NCBI GenBank assembly: GCA_010015585.1
Contig: ML975158.1
Strand: one strand, 5' to 3'
Origin: Eremomyces bilateralis CBS 781.70
Lineage: Eukaryota
DNA: 64,000 bases
The position numbers and the translations under genes are program-made. The notes beneath the pieces were generated by a model, which saw only the letters and a list, made by a program, of their open reading frames with translations, did no database searches and was not told the DNA's origin. This document shows, in pieces, positions 1 through 13,356 of this stretch. Position 1 is the stretch's first letter. Every line of letters begins with the position of its first letter.

Positions 1-3000
1 GGCGTGGTGGTCCCCGAGTCGAACGGAGTCGAGCTAGGTCTAGCACTAGACTTGGGGCTTCCATGACCAGGCTGATGGAGAGAATTGCGACTGCTCTGGC
101 GACTGCTCTGGACGTTCAGTTCGCTGTAGATGCTGGTGAAGGAGGTGGCGCCGGATGCACGGTCGCGGCCGCGAAGCCATGGTGTCTTCGGATGAGCCAT
201 TTTTTCTAGCTGCTTATCGCTCTTCTGCTCCATTGTGGCGGACACTGCAGGTAGGATCTCAAGGTCCAAGGCTTCCCAGCGGGCTTTGCCAATCCAGAGC
301 ATCTGCTCGTGTTCGCGGAGATAGCGCGCCCCACTGAAGGATTTCTGGACGATGGTGCGTGCTTTCATGCCGAGGGCACGACGGTGGTCGCTCTTGTCAT
401 ACATGCGCTGAGTGATTCGCTTAACGTCCTCAGGGGTTGGTTCAAAGGGTAGGGCGGGGGCAGGTTCATTCGGGTTGTCATCGGCGAACTTGGACCACTC
501 TCCAAGCATGGCGAGGATGTTGACTTGTGCCCGAGCAAGTGAGTAGGGGTCGTTGGGGGCGACAACCTCGCTATATCGCTCGCCTGTGTCTGGGTCCGTC
601 AAGACTCGCAACGATGCACCGACATCTGTTGCGACAACAGGTGCACCGGTTAAAGCCGCTTCTCCGAGTGCCAAGGGAAGACCTTCAGACACTGAAGAGT
701 TGAGGAATAGCCACGTGGTTGCCAGCACCTTTGTGGGGTCCGCTGTTCCCCGCAGAGTGACTTGAGGTGCAAGTCCCTTGGTCGCGATCAACTCCTGGCA
801 TTCGGATGAATAGATGGGGGCTTTGTTCAAAGCGCCGTATATGTCAAGAACATAGTCATCGAAACCCCACTTGTTGATGATGATGTCGGCGGCCAGAAGC
901 GCGGTCTTGATATCTTTCGCAAGCCAAAGATGGCTTAGCATGGTTACCGTCGGTTTCTTGGTCGTGATCTCGGTGACCGGAGCAAACTTGTGCATGTCTG
1001 TGATCCCATTGACGACTGGGTCGATCTTGCGACGGAACTTGTTCCGATGTTCGATTCCACCTTGAGATGTTCCAATTTCAATTTCCCAGCCAGGATTGAA
1101 AGTGTCCGTGCAAGGTAAGATAACATCCGCGTGATGAAGGATGAGCATGGACGTAAGACGCATGAGACCAAGGAGAGAATTGCGAATGAATGGTGGTAGA
1201 GTGCAAAGAGCGGAAGACTGTGTAAAGTTAGAAGCACATCTTATGGATGGGCCGGAAAATCGCTCTTACCAAGTAGAGGTTTGTCTCCCGCCAGCTAATA
1301 GCATGGTCCCAAATTTGGAGAGTACAGTTACGCTTAATTTTACAAACAATCCCGTAAGACGCCGAAACACTATGATGCGATGCTTGGAAAATGGCCGGTA
1401 TCCGCTCCGGGATAGGTATCGAGAAAATGAAAAGATCTAAGGCACGGTTAGCACTTGACAGTAGCAGAAAAGTTTGCTCGGCTTACAACGGAACCATAAA
1501 TCCAAAGCCGAATCAAAATGACCGATCGTGGGGTATTCGGTGTCAAACCACTCTGATGGCGGTTTCGCGTTCGGGATGCTCTCGAGCCAGAGGTTGCGCC
1601 AGGCGTCTTTCACAATATCGCTTGTCCACACTTCCTTCCAGTGCCTGGAGTCCTGGAAGTAGGTATTGAGGTTTACCAAAGCCCGAGTCGCTTGTTTGAC
1701 ATGCGCTGGGGTGATCCGGACGGCTCTGGCACCTCTCACAAGAGCCGTCAATGTTGGAACGAAATTGCGCTTGATATCATCTCTGGTGGACTCAATTGTA
1801 AGCTGGTCAACTTCGCTGTCCAACTTGTTGAAGAACATTCCGTGAATAGGAGCCATAAAATCGAGACCCCACAAGGGAATGACCTTCAAAGACTCCACGT
1901 TTTCTTCAGTCTGGTGCTTCGGGAGACCGAAATCGTTGGCGGATTCCACAACCATATGCCATCGAATGGATTTAAGGTTGTTGATGAGGTCTCTTCGGCA
2001 GGCACTGACACCTCCACCTTCGTTAGGCCAGGTTCCCGTGTCTGATGCCACAACATGAAGAGTATCTTCGGTATCAGGCTGTAGTGCCTTTGTGCGGGTA
2101 TACACGACAGCATCGCCCCCCTGGCCGAAACTAAATAGGTCTCCCATTCGGATAGCAAGCGGAGTCCAGGCACTGATATCGTTGGTCAGCTCGGCGCTGG
2201 CAGTGACTGTGTCCGCATTGAGCGCTAAATAGTCTTCAGCTTTGACTAGAGCTCCCCGATCACGCTTTCTCCAATACGGCCGCAGAATGGGGTCATCGCG
2301 AAGAAGCTGTTCGTCAAGCCAGCGAACAACCACGCCATCTATTTCTACACTTGCTTTCCAAGACTTCCAAAGCTGGGAGCGCATTGCCGAGGTTGAGACG
2401 GGATGCCGTTGGACATTCATACGGAATAGTCTGTGGAAGAAACCGTAATGGAGGGATGTGAACTGTCCAAGCGGGTTGTCCGAGATGAAGGTGCACCTGG
2501 TTGGCTTCTTCAGCAACCGGAGCCAGTCGAAGCGAATCATGTCAGGCGTATCGACCTGCTGACCATTGAGTTTGGTCATGATTGTGGGATGGTACTGATG
2601 ATTGTATATCCAGATGCACTCATATACGTCTGAACCTTGCACAAATGTTGCTTCACGGACCCGGGAATGAGGAATCCACCGATCCGTCTTATGGGGATGT
2701 CGGATCGGGGGTGCCGCCCAACTGACGTTGACGGAGAGATGTGGAAGGATAAACTCTGCGCGAAGGAGTTTGTCGGTGAACTTGGCATTCTTCCGGTAGT
2801 GGTACTTGAAACGGACCAAGTTATTGCTGGACAGCATGTAGCTACCAGATGTGAGGAATCCCTTGTTGTTATATTGAACGACCGAAGATTCGTCGCTGCC
2901 GCGAACACAGATGCGGCAAAGGGGTATTTTAGAGTGCCCCTGCTTGGTGAGTTTGCCAGGATTCGCGTGCGACTTGGTGGCATACTCGTACACGAACTCG

Positions 3001-6000
3001 TTGACGCATTCGCCATTTTCGAACTCCTGCCGGGAGAGCAGTTTGGTGTCCTTTGCATACTTTCCAATGCTAACGACCTTGGACTTCCCGGGTTCAGATG
3101 TGTGAGATCCGTCGTACTGATACAGCTCGAAACCACCCTTGCTATCTTTGTGGATAAAGCCGGTGAAGGTTTTGTTGTTACTCCTCACAGTGAGCCGCTT
3201 GCTCTTCAGCGTCAGCATGGTGCCCTTGATGTCGTGCCAAAGAACCACGAGGTCCTCGCGGTCATGGAGCAGGTAGAATGGAAGAACGAATCTTTGGATA
3301 GCCCTAGAATATTGCCAGAAACTTGTCAGAAACCAGACAGCTGGTTTGGAGAATACTGGAAATACACCCTGAAGGGTACAATCCAGCTCTCGCTGATATT
3401 CCAAGTCGGCCATTGGTGCAATGACGAAGAATTTGATGCAGGTTCCCAGCACACGGAAAATGAAGGCAATCGGCTTGCGTAGATTTGAGAGGGCCCGTGA
3501 GAGGAATGGCTTCTCCAGATCGCCGGTAGGTCCGATGAATTGAATGTCCGGTGCTTGTTGATAGACTTTCTTCCCATTATGAATGGGACCCGCCCGCTTG
3601 AAGTAGTTGTAGTTGCTCACAGCGAGAATGGCGCCTAGGTCATATCGGGCCAACCGAGTGTTGAGCAGGCAGCTTTCTTCGGCATCCGTATTCGATTGTA
3701 ACCAAAGGATCTCTGCGGCAGAAAATGAGCCAAAGTCACCCATGCATCGGTTTAACAGCGCGCGACGGATGTCGAGCGGAAGGAGGTCCCAAGCAGTCTC
3801 GATTTGCAACCCCAAGCAAAGGTTACGGAGCAAGGTTTTTCTTGACACGTTCGCAAGAGCCGCAACCTCTCCAGTAGAGGTGTCTGTTGAAAGAGACCTC
3901 TTCAAGCTCTCCGTGATATGGCTTTCACTATTGAGTTTGCATACCAGAAGTGACTCCAGAATGGTCGCATACTCGTGACGAAGACCAAAATATGACACGC
4001 CACCGACATGCAGGAGCATTTCGACGATAGCTCGACAATTGCTAGTGATATTCGGCTGCCGCCCTGAAGTTGGGCCCCCATCTGATGATACGATAAGATG
4101 GAGGCGTCCCTCATGGAATGCGCTAATTGCACTGATCTCGCATCCCTGAGGCAGGACTGACTTCATCTGGGCAAGCTCGATGACAATATCTCCATCTCTC
4201 CACTTCTTGACAATGATCTCGACGATTTCAGGTCCAGTGGGGAATGCTTCAAGACAAGTACTCGAAAGAGATTCTTGGTTGCAAGATAGGAGTAGAGTTT
4301 GAATCTCGACGCCCGGGTGCCCGTCCGCTTTGATCTTGAATCGGGATTTCGACGGTGAGTCCATGACCATCTCGTAGAATGCCTCTAGCTCCGTTTGACT
4401 CCATTGCTGGTCGACGCCAGGATCTCGATATGCATGGAACACAAAATCTCTCCTTCTCTTTGATGAACTTCGTCTCTTTGGGAGGCCGATCTTTGCCGTA
4501 TATATGGATGTAATAGCAGCAACCCATGTTGCAAAAGCCAAGGAGATAACCGGGGTATACACAAAACTGCTTTTGAAATGTCGCAGCAGGCAGCCAGCCG
4601 GGAGACCAAGGAGAGTCGCTGTGAATAAGGGCATGACTGCATGTGGGCCGGAAAAGATTTTGTTGTACTGATACCATAGCAGGCCGCTGTATGCACCGGT
4701 ATAAGCGAGGAACATGACGACGGCCTCGTAACCATTTTCACTCGCAAAAATCCATACAAGTGCCGAGCATAGTGCAAGTGTCCATACGTGGACTCCGAGG
4801 AACTTGCCCAGGGTGCTCCAATACAGCTTTCGCTTGACTCTAGCATCTCGGGTTTTCGCGTCGTGGATCATCTCTGGAGAACTGATAGACAGGGGAATTG
4901 TTTCTTGGGACTGCTGATGAAGGTGCTGTGCCTTGTAGTCTAATAAGACGGCACCAATTAGATAATAGGCCAGACCGAAACCAGTTGCAACACTGAAGGC
5001 ATCATTCGAGCCAATTAATCCAAGACCAACAACCGGTCCGCCGAAGAACAGTTCGATCCACCGATCGAGTAGGGCAACTATGAAGTATAAAACGCCGCAA
5101 CCGATCTCGTCCCCCGAGTTTCGCCAGTGGAGGAAGGAGTTGTGCAAGCGGATTGCTTTCTGGTTCTGTTGGAGACTGTCAAAGGCGACCCGCACTTCGA
5201 TATTCCAAGTGGAGCTATAAGGTCGCGGTCTCTTGACACTTGTTAAGCGGCAGTACCAGTTCAGTAAAAACACGGTCGCTTCCCAAGATTGCGCTAATTC
5301 TCGGACCAGGTTATCAGCACTTGATTTCCGCCAGAATCCTCTACGTCGCTCCCTCTCGACTGCGTCGTTGAGATTCTGGCGGGACAGGTTCATCGCAGCG
5401 GGAGCAGTGAGTCCATGGAAAACCTTGTCGTTCCCATTTGCTCGGTTATCGATATACCACTTCTTCACGGTTGCGTCATCGACGGTCTTGACCTTTGAGC
5501 ACCAAGTGACCCACTGAGCGACTACTCTGCGAAGCCCAATGAATAGTAGAGAGATGAAAAAGAAGAGAAGGAGTATGTAGATCAGGGTGTTGTACTGCGA
5601 GACAAAACTTGTAACGATCGGTGCAATCATCAGAGTCGGAAGGATGGTGATGATAACAATGCGACCATTCAAGAAGGATGATCCTGGAAACTGATAGATC
5701 GAAAGAGCAGCAAGGACGGTGAGATAAGCTGTTAGGATGAGGAGGTAGCAGAAGAAAATGACTCCTGCCTTAAAGTTCTCAAGGATACCGATGATGATCA
5801 GTCCAATCACACCACCCAGGATGGTGATCGACAGCCCTCCAACAAGTCTTGTTAGAACAAACATATTGGCTGCCGAGAAAGCCATGGAGATGAGGTAGTA
5901 TGTCCCTCCCATAGCAATCCATGTTCCGATTGCACCAGAGAGGAGGAGAGATACCAAGAGAGCGAGTGTCGCGTTCTCCTTCTCGTCTTGCTGCATATAC

Positions 6001-8864
6001 TTGCTCAGGTACAGACCGCGTCCGGTGGTTGTAAGGAGGATGATATCAACAAGAGCGGGGATAGCAAATACGCTAAGGAAAGTGAATCGTTGATATCCCG
6101 GAAGTGTCTCATGCACCTGGTCCTTGTCGATATCCGACTCAGCCGCAGCATAGACTGTTGCAAAACTCGGGGCATTGTCGACTTGAACAGGCGGCTGGTT
6201 TTCAGGAAGCATATAGTGTGCTCGATGCTTCTCTGATAAGAGCTTGCCCATCTCATTCGGTGTGATATCGAAATAGGCGTCGCATCGTGAGCCAAGGGCA
6301 AACAGCTCGGCAAAAGCAGCACTTTGGTCCGAGAACTCGTTGAAGAGCGGATTGCGATCGGACACTTCAATGAAAACTTCATCGAAGGCGAATTTCCGAG
6401 CCACGCAGAAGATCGAAAATGCTACTATATCCGCATAGCAATCAATGCTTCCCAGCTCTTGACCTTTGGTGGGACCGAGGAGACTTGATAGCGTATTTGT
6501 GAAGATGTTCAGGCAATCATAGCGGCGGTGTTTCAGCGCAAATTGGAAGGCAACGTCAACTTCTTCGAAAATTTGGATGCATGTCGGTAGATCCAAATGC
6601 ACGCAGCCATGTTGTTTGTACCAAGAAACCCTAGCAGAAACCAAGGCAGGAACCTGGATGGTACCTTTGAGATAGTCCACGTTTCCCAGCTCTTTCAGTT
6701 GCTTGTAAGATGGAATGTCCAGCAAGATCTCCTCGCAAGTTCGGTAAATGGCAGATAGTAAATGGCAGTCGAGGTTAGAGTATGAAAACTTCAAGTGCTG
6801 TAGGAATAGCAGGATATCTGCGGGAGTGAGGATACGAAGGTCCTGTAGGAGTCGGGGAGGGAGTGGTTCTCGGCTGGATGGCGCCACATACTCGTGCAAG
6901 GAGGCTTCGGTGAGGAAGCAGTTATACCGAAGGACATTCTTACTACTCAGGTACGTATGTACCACGGTCGACAGTAGATCCGGAGCATTGTTGGATACGT
7001 AGATAACGAGACCTCCGCTCCTTCGATCGTCCTCATACACCGCCCAGAATTGGGCCTCTGTGTCGGCACCAACTTGAAATCCGGAATTCAAACCGCGGAA
7101 TATCTGCACCGGGTCGCCTGTAGGATCGGAATCTGACGCCTTGCTTAAGCCATCGGATAAGTCGCGGATGAAACGTCGAACCGATGGCGAGAGCTTTGAA
7201 GAAGGTTCTGATGCTAAGAAAGCATTGAGGCGTTCGCCAAGGCTGACAACATCATCAGCACCGACGCGATCCAACAACTCCAATCGCTGAAGACGCGTTT
7301 GGGATTTCACAATCTTTTTGAAATCTTCTTTTGTCACGTCGATCCCAAGCGGGAAGCATCCGAATGATGTGAAGTCGGCTCCGAGATGAGAAACAGACAA
7401 TGCGTTGATCGGGCTTTGTTCCATTCGAGCAACCCATTCCAACGCTTTCTGTTGGTCGAGCAGGGCCGTTCGCTCCGTCTCGTCAGAGACTATTCCGCGC
7501 CAATCGATCTCTGGCTCTTCGTTCTGACTTTGGAGTGTGATTGTTGTGATAGTTGACATGGCATCGGATTGACTTCCTGATCTCAGAGCCGAGACGATGC
7601 TCTGCAAAGATGGTACCAGTTCTAACATCTCTCGATAATCGGCAGCGTGAGAAACGGCTCTTGAAGATAACTACCACAGTTAGAACACCTCAATACAGTT
7701 ATCAAGGAGACTTACCAGGCGGGTATTCCTATACGTCTCATGATACTCCATGACCTTTTGCTCCTTGAGCCATCTGAACGCGCCTAGGGGTTCATCAACG
7801 CGCACGTTTTGAGACGCATCAACCAGCGCCATGGCAGGATTGGTCCAGACCACGGCGTCATGATAACTGCACCAACCGAAACTTCGGCGCAATACGGCTA
7901 AGGACATCTCAGCCTGGTCGTCCACTGTCTCCCACATCATGACCGTGAAGTCCCTAAGACAGGACTGCGAGACGAATGCCTTTACCGTGGATGCCATCTT
8001 GCCCATGGCAAAATAGTCTCTGGACTCTCCGTCCGCAAGAACGGTCGCATTGCGCACTACGACGCCATCGAAGGGACTGAGATCCAATTGCTGCACATCA
8101 TCTAGGAACTGTGGTGGAGCTACCTCGAGGTACACCTCCAGACCCAGGTCGCCGAAGAACTGTGCTAGGCCCATAAGCAACGGGAATAGCACGGTATCTT
8201 CCCATCCTGCCAATAAGATGCCGCTGAAAGGCGATTCCTCGCCAGGTTTCTTGATAGAAAAGCCGACAGCTTGGAGGAAGGACTTCACAAATTCCACGGA
8301 AACTCGGTTGCCGACTTTGAAACCCCCTTCCTTATCTGGCTCGGTGGTCATATGCTTTCGAAAATCGTATCTAGCGACAACGCGAGCAGCTCGTGGAATT
8401 CTAGATGTGCTGAGCGTATCTAGAACGCCCTTCTCGTATGGTTCCAGGATGATGAGATCGGATTGCGAAAGCACGCGTGTTTCATCTTCGCTCGGAGGGT
8501 TCGATATTGGCCCCAAATATACATCAAAAGTCGAAGGTTTTTTGAGTCGTCTCGTCGAATGTGCCCGGAGGCTTGGTTCTATTTTAAGAGACGATTGGAG
8601 AAAACGAGCGATTTCTTGAGGCAGCACTAGTGCTGAATTGCGGTTCTTGACTCCTGTCAGCAACTTCTAACCTTCAAATCCTGCTGTCACAGGCAAACTC
8701 ACTCGCAACGATTTTCGCAACTTGTCCAACGCGATGAGGAGGATGATTGCGGCGCCGATTAGGACACTAACTCCAATCACCGCAACCAGGACGGTCTGCC
8801 ACCAACTTTTCAGGACACTTCCATAGCGAAATGGCGTAATCGAACCGGTCTCAGGTATCGCCAT
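1..8864 (-). CDS. gtb3: Very large multi-domain GT4 glycosyltransferase, putative GAG synthase; 3' end lies beyond the left edge of the window
   Basis: Inferred exons 8864-8703, 8645-7716, 7670-1487, ~1435-1270 and ~1217-<1, with GT donors, CTRAC branch points and AG acceptors keeping frame. N-terminal TM helix, a central multi-TM block, and a C-terminal GT4 domain with the EX7E motif EGLPLALGE at 660-686. Neighbours are agd3, ega3, sph3 and uge3 homologues. Confidence 0.9.
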
Positions 8865-10601
8865 ATCGTCCTGATGCTCTGAGCATCAAAGGTCAAAGCA
8901 ATACAACGGAGTACTTTGTCCTCTCGCGGACACTTTGGGCAATATTACGACTGGGTCAAGTGGACATTATACAACCACCCCACACAACGGCCATCCCAAA
9001 ACCCATCTCATTCCAGGAAAATCAAGAGCTCGAGATAACGAGAAACAGGGTAGCATGCGGAGGCGCTTCAAACCCGTGAAAGGTAATGACTATTATGGAA
9101 ACGATGAAGGGTCCAAATTGCAGCCCATGAAAATGATATTAAACACGTGCAGATTGTATGAGGAGAGGGAGAAGCCGAAAATACCGACTTCCGGATTTTG
9201 ATTCCAGGCTCTCACGGATGCAGTGATTCAATAGACTTCACGCAGTATTGAGTGAATGGAGAGTATTTTTTTCTTAAAAGCTGACTGCAGGATGAAGAAC
9301 TCTTTCTTTAGGGTTCAGGAGGCGACGGTAGGAAGCGAATGATGCGACAAGGACTAAATTCAAGAGATGAAAACTCCACCATCTTCATACGGTTCGTCTA
9401 GACCATGGCCACGATTCTCGCAGTGCCCGTCCGAAAAACGAGTTAGGGCCATTTTCACGGAACAATCGATATCTCTAGCAGGATGGGATTTCAGCTCCTA
9501 GGGTCATGGCGATGGCTCTCTCCTCATCCACGGCTTATGCAAGGCCCACACCTCGGGAACATTGTATGGGCCCTGTAACCATTGAACGAACAGAGACATT
9601 CGAATATTGAAAATGCCACCAGGATTAGCTGTGAAGACTCGAGTACGACGAACCATTTAGACGAGACATTGTTGGGCTGACTAGAAGTCTTGCACAGACC
9701 AGGACAAAGTAAGGCAATCAAGGGTCAAGTTAAAAGTTCATTACTGAGAGGTGGTACGGATAGTGCTGTGTCGTCAAAGCAATCGTCGAAACGAAGACTT
9801 GGCACAGTGTATGGTAGGTCTTGATCGGATCACAAGAATCGGGATGTTTTCCGCCACATTTATGCAGTATGGTAATTGGTACAGGGTATCGGCTGCACCC
9901 TTGATTACTGCTGATATATTACATCGAACACGAGATCGAGGGTTGTGCTCGGGATGTTGAAAAGGGCATCGGAATTTCAACCCGTGGGCACGCCTCCCCT
10001 GCCTTACCATTATTTTCAGAATTCTGATAACCTCTGCCTTGGCGATGTCCCCCTGCACTTCGTTCCGCCCCTTGTCGATCCCGCAATTGCGGCCGGACTG
10101 CTAAACCCCCCCATTCATCCATCACGAGCCGCGCTCAAGATTCATCATCGATTCTGATTCCTTGCCTTTCCCATCGATTACGTATCATATCCAGAATTTC
10201 CGTATCTTGTCTTGTATTTGAAACAATAGGCGCGGCTCCACCCATCTGGACACGTTATTTATCCGTACTTTCAGTGTTTTTTAGTTATTGTCAATCAATC
10301 TGTTGCATCAAACAGAGTACTCGGCCCTCACCAGGCACTACGCTCAAGCCCTCCCATATCTAAAGTTTCCCTTCTTGGATCCATAAATGCACGGTTGCCG
10401 CATTGGGACGCTTGCGCAATGGCTAGTACCTGGTCGAAAGTTTGGCTACAACATTTCTCGTCCTGAATCAACTCACCACAGCCTCCTTGAAGGTCGACTA
10501 CGGACTCTCGAGTCCATACCCCTCGCCAAATCCTGTGTAACATGTGGTACGAGTTTTCTGTGTCTGTTGACAATGCCAAACATAGCACTGCCCACTACGG
10601 A

Positions 10602-10612
10602 GTACGGAGTAC
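10602..10612 (-). promoter_or_regulatory. GTACTCCGTAC motif (SomA-type site) in the divergent gtb3/agd3 promoter
   Basis: Exact 11-mer (plus strand GTACGGAGTAC, within TACGGAGTACGGAGTAC) about 500 bp upstream of the agd3 ATG. It matches the motif I recall being reported for A. fumigatus SomA. Confidence 0.5.
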
Positions 10613-11113
10613 ATGACCACAGACTCCACATGTCATCATGGATTGATACACCTGCCCTTGACGGCTCGGCGTGTGACCATGCTTGGGTTTTCAATATTTG
10701 GCTTACATCAATCCATTTTAGAGGAAGACTTGTCCAGTTCATCCTATCAGCCCATCCGGTTTGTCTCCTGCACTTATTCTGACCTGGCAGTGTGGAGGTG
10801 CGAGAAGCGGAGATTGGACATTTGCTGCTTTTTCATACTTCTTCACTCGTTACCGACAGCCATCATCTTCATTGAGAGCCCGAGTCGTCGGCAGAGCAGT
10901 CCATCCACGGCTTCGCTAGCCAAAATTACCCTCGCTTGTGGCTGTATTGGGCGTCAGTTTGTTTTGGCGAGTTGGCACCTATCTCTGCGATTGCGAAGGC
11001 GACATTTAATTCTTAAAGTTCCTACCCTAGACATATTCATTTATTTTCTTATCATCAACTTTCTACGCGCCATCCAATTTGTTTAGATTGTCATTCGTTA
11101 TACCTTCCTCATC

Positions 11114-13356
11114 ATGTTGTTCAAGTTGATGCTGGCTTGGCTGGGTAGCATACTACTACTCGGCGCTGATGCAGCTATTAGCAATAAGGGGACAATTCTA
11201 GTGCTTGCCCGTGACCAAGGCAGTGCCAACTCGGCAACTCTAGGACTTCAAGGCTATGGAATTCCGTACCAAGTGGTACTCGTTCCCCAGACTGGTGTCG
11301 CTCTTCCTCAACTGAATAGCTCTGCTTCAGCTGGTAACTATGGTGGTATCCTTGTGGTGAGCGAAGTGAGCTATCAGTATAGCACTGGATTTACCAGTGC
11401 CTTGACAACCGCACAATGGCAGCAACTGTATGACTACCAGACCAATTATGGTGTCCGTATGGTCCGCATCGATGCATATCCTGGGCCGGATTTTGGTAAG
11501 CCATCCCATCTTTCAAGTCCAATCCAGCTTCCATGCCCAGAACATGCCCGTGCCCTTAGGAATAGAATGATACTTATCTCTAATCATTTGAAGCAATACT
11601 GACACATTGCTGAACAGGCACTACTACCGCCCTTCCTGGCGCTGGATGCTGTGATGCTGGAGTAGAACAACTCATATCATTCTCTGATCTCTCTGCCTTC
11701 CCTACCGCAAACCTCAAGAGTGGTGCGACTATGAGCACCCAGGGGCTGTGGCACTACCCTTCGACAATCACCAACTCTAGCATCGCAACGGAAATTGCCC
11801 GCTTTGCTCCTAGTGGTAGTTTTACCACAACGACCACAGCTGGTGAGCAGTCCACCATTCCATTATCAATATCATCAGTTAACACTCTCCTAGCTGTTAT
11901 TAACAAGATTGGAAATCGCCAGCAGATGGTCTTCTTCATTTCTTGGGCCTCTGATTGGGCTGTGGCATCCAACTTCCTGCAGCACGCATGGATTCACTGG
12001 ATGACCAGAGGTCTGTATGTCGGGTTCCGCAGAATCTACCTTGGGACTCAAGTGGATGACATGTTCTTGGAGAGCGACCTCTACCGTCCTGTTGGGGGTC
12101 TCTTCCGTCTCCGCGCTGGAGACATTGCCAACCATGTCACCTGGCAGACTCAGCTCAACAACAAGCTTCCTGCCGGCTCCAAATACTTCATGGAGATTGG
12201 TCATAACGGCAACGGAGATATCGAAGCGGCGGTCAATACCCCGGCCGGTGGCTCCATGTGCAACCCACCAGACGCGATCGAATATGACTCCCCACCAGAC
12301 ACGCCTTTGGAATTTCAGAAGCCGTTGGGCACTGGAACCAATATCTGGCCAACAACTCCAACAACATACCCGTGGTCATTGACTTGTGCTCGCCTTGATA
12401 CCCTTGAGAACTGGTTCCAGATCGCTAGCAACCGCGATGCCTTTGCCCATATGTCGCACACCTTCACTCACTACGAGTTGAATAACGCTACCTACTCGGA
12501 TGCTGCTAAGGAGATCCAGTTTAACAAAGCATGGATGCAGCAAATCGAACTATCATCCGGCAATAAGTTCAGCAGCAAGGGCCTTATCCCCCCAGCCATC
12601 ACTGGTTTGCACAATGGAGACGCCATCAAGGCATGGATGGACAATGGCATCACCTCCGTCGTCGGAGACAACACCCGCCCACCTCTACGACACGCCGTAA
12701 ACACTTTTTGGCCACGCCTAACCACCGTTGCTGACAATGGATACGCTGGGCTCTGGATCATCCCCCGTTGGGCGACCACAATATACTTCAACTGCGATTT
12801 ACCTGCTTGCACCCTTCAAGAGTGGATCGACACCTCCGGTGGCAGCGGTGGCTTCCAAAATCTAATCAATGATGCCCGCGCCACCAACACTCGTTATCTC
12901 CTCGGCCTTCGCCACGATCCCTACATGTTCCACCAGGCGAACTTGCGCCAGATCGACGTCCCCAACACGGACGTGAACGGCGTCTCCTCGAAGTTGTCCC
13001 TCATTCAAATTTGGGTTGAGGTGATCACACAGGAGTTGACCCGTCTGACCAGCTGGCCGGTTATCACCCTCAAGCATGATGACATCGCGACAGACTTCAT
13101 CAACCGCATGACTCGAGACAAGTGCAATCCGAACCTAATTTACAATTATTCCGCGGATGGTACCAAGATCGTGTCGGTGACGGTCAGTGCAAATGCAAAC
13201 AGCTGCGCTACTAAGATCCCGGTGACATTCCCTGGCAGTGTCATAAACACCAATGGCGGGATTTCGGAGCAGATTGGAAGCGACCCGTTGACTATTTGGA
13301 CTACTCTGAGTGGCTCGACCCAGACGTTTACTTTGACGACTCCGATCAAAGCCTAG
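11114..13356 (+). CDS. agd3: Secreted GAG deacetylase (CBM87 + CE18), about 689 aa
   Basis: Signal peptide MLFKLMLAWLGSILLLGADA. Inferred exons 11114-11495, 11618-11842 and 11894-13356. Deacetylase motifs TQVDD and SHTFTH, plus IGHNGNGD and YMFHQANL. Divergent from gtb3. Confidence 0.92.

Noticed and set aside
2637..3482. 281-aa plus-strand ORF and other long ORFs antisense to gtb3, HUL5, myoA and the coiled-coil gene
   Set aside because: Shadow ORFs opposite well-supported coding sequence, with no recognisable motifs.
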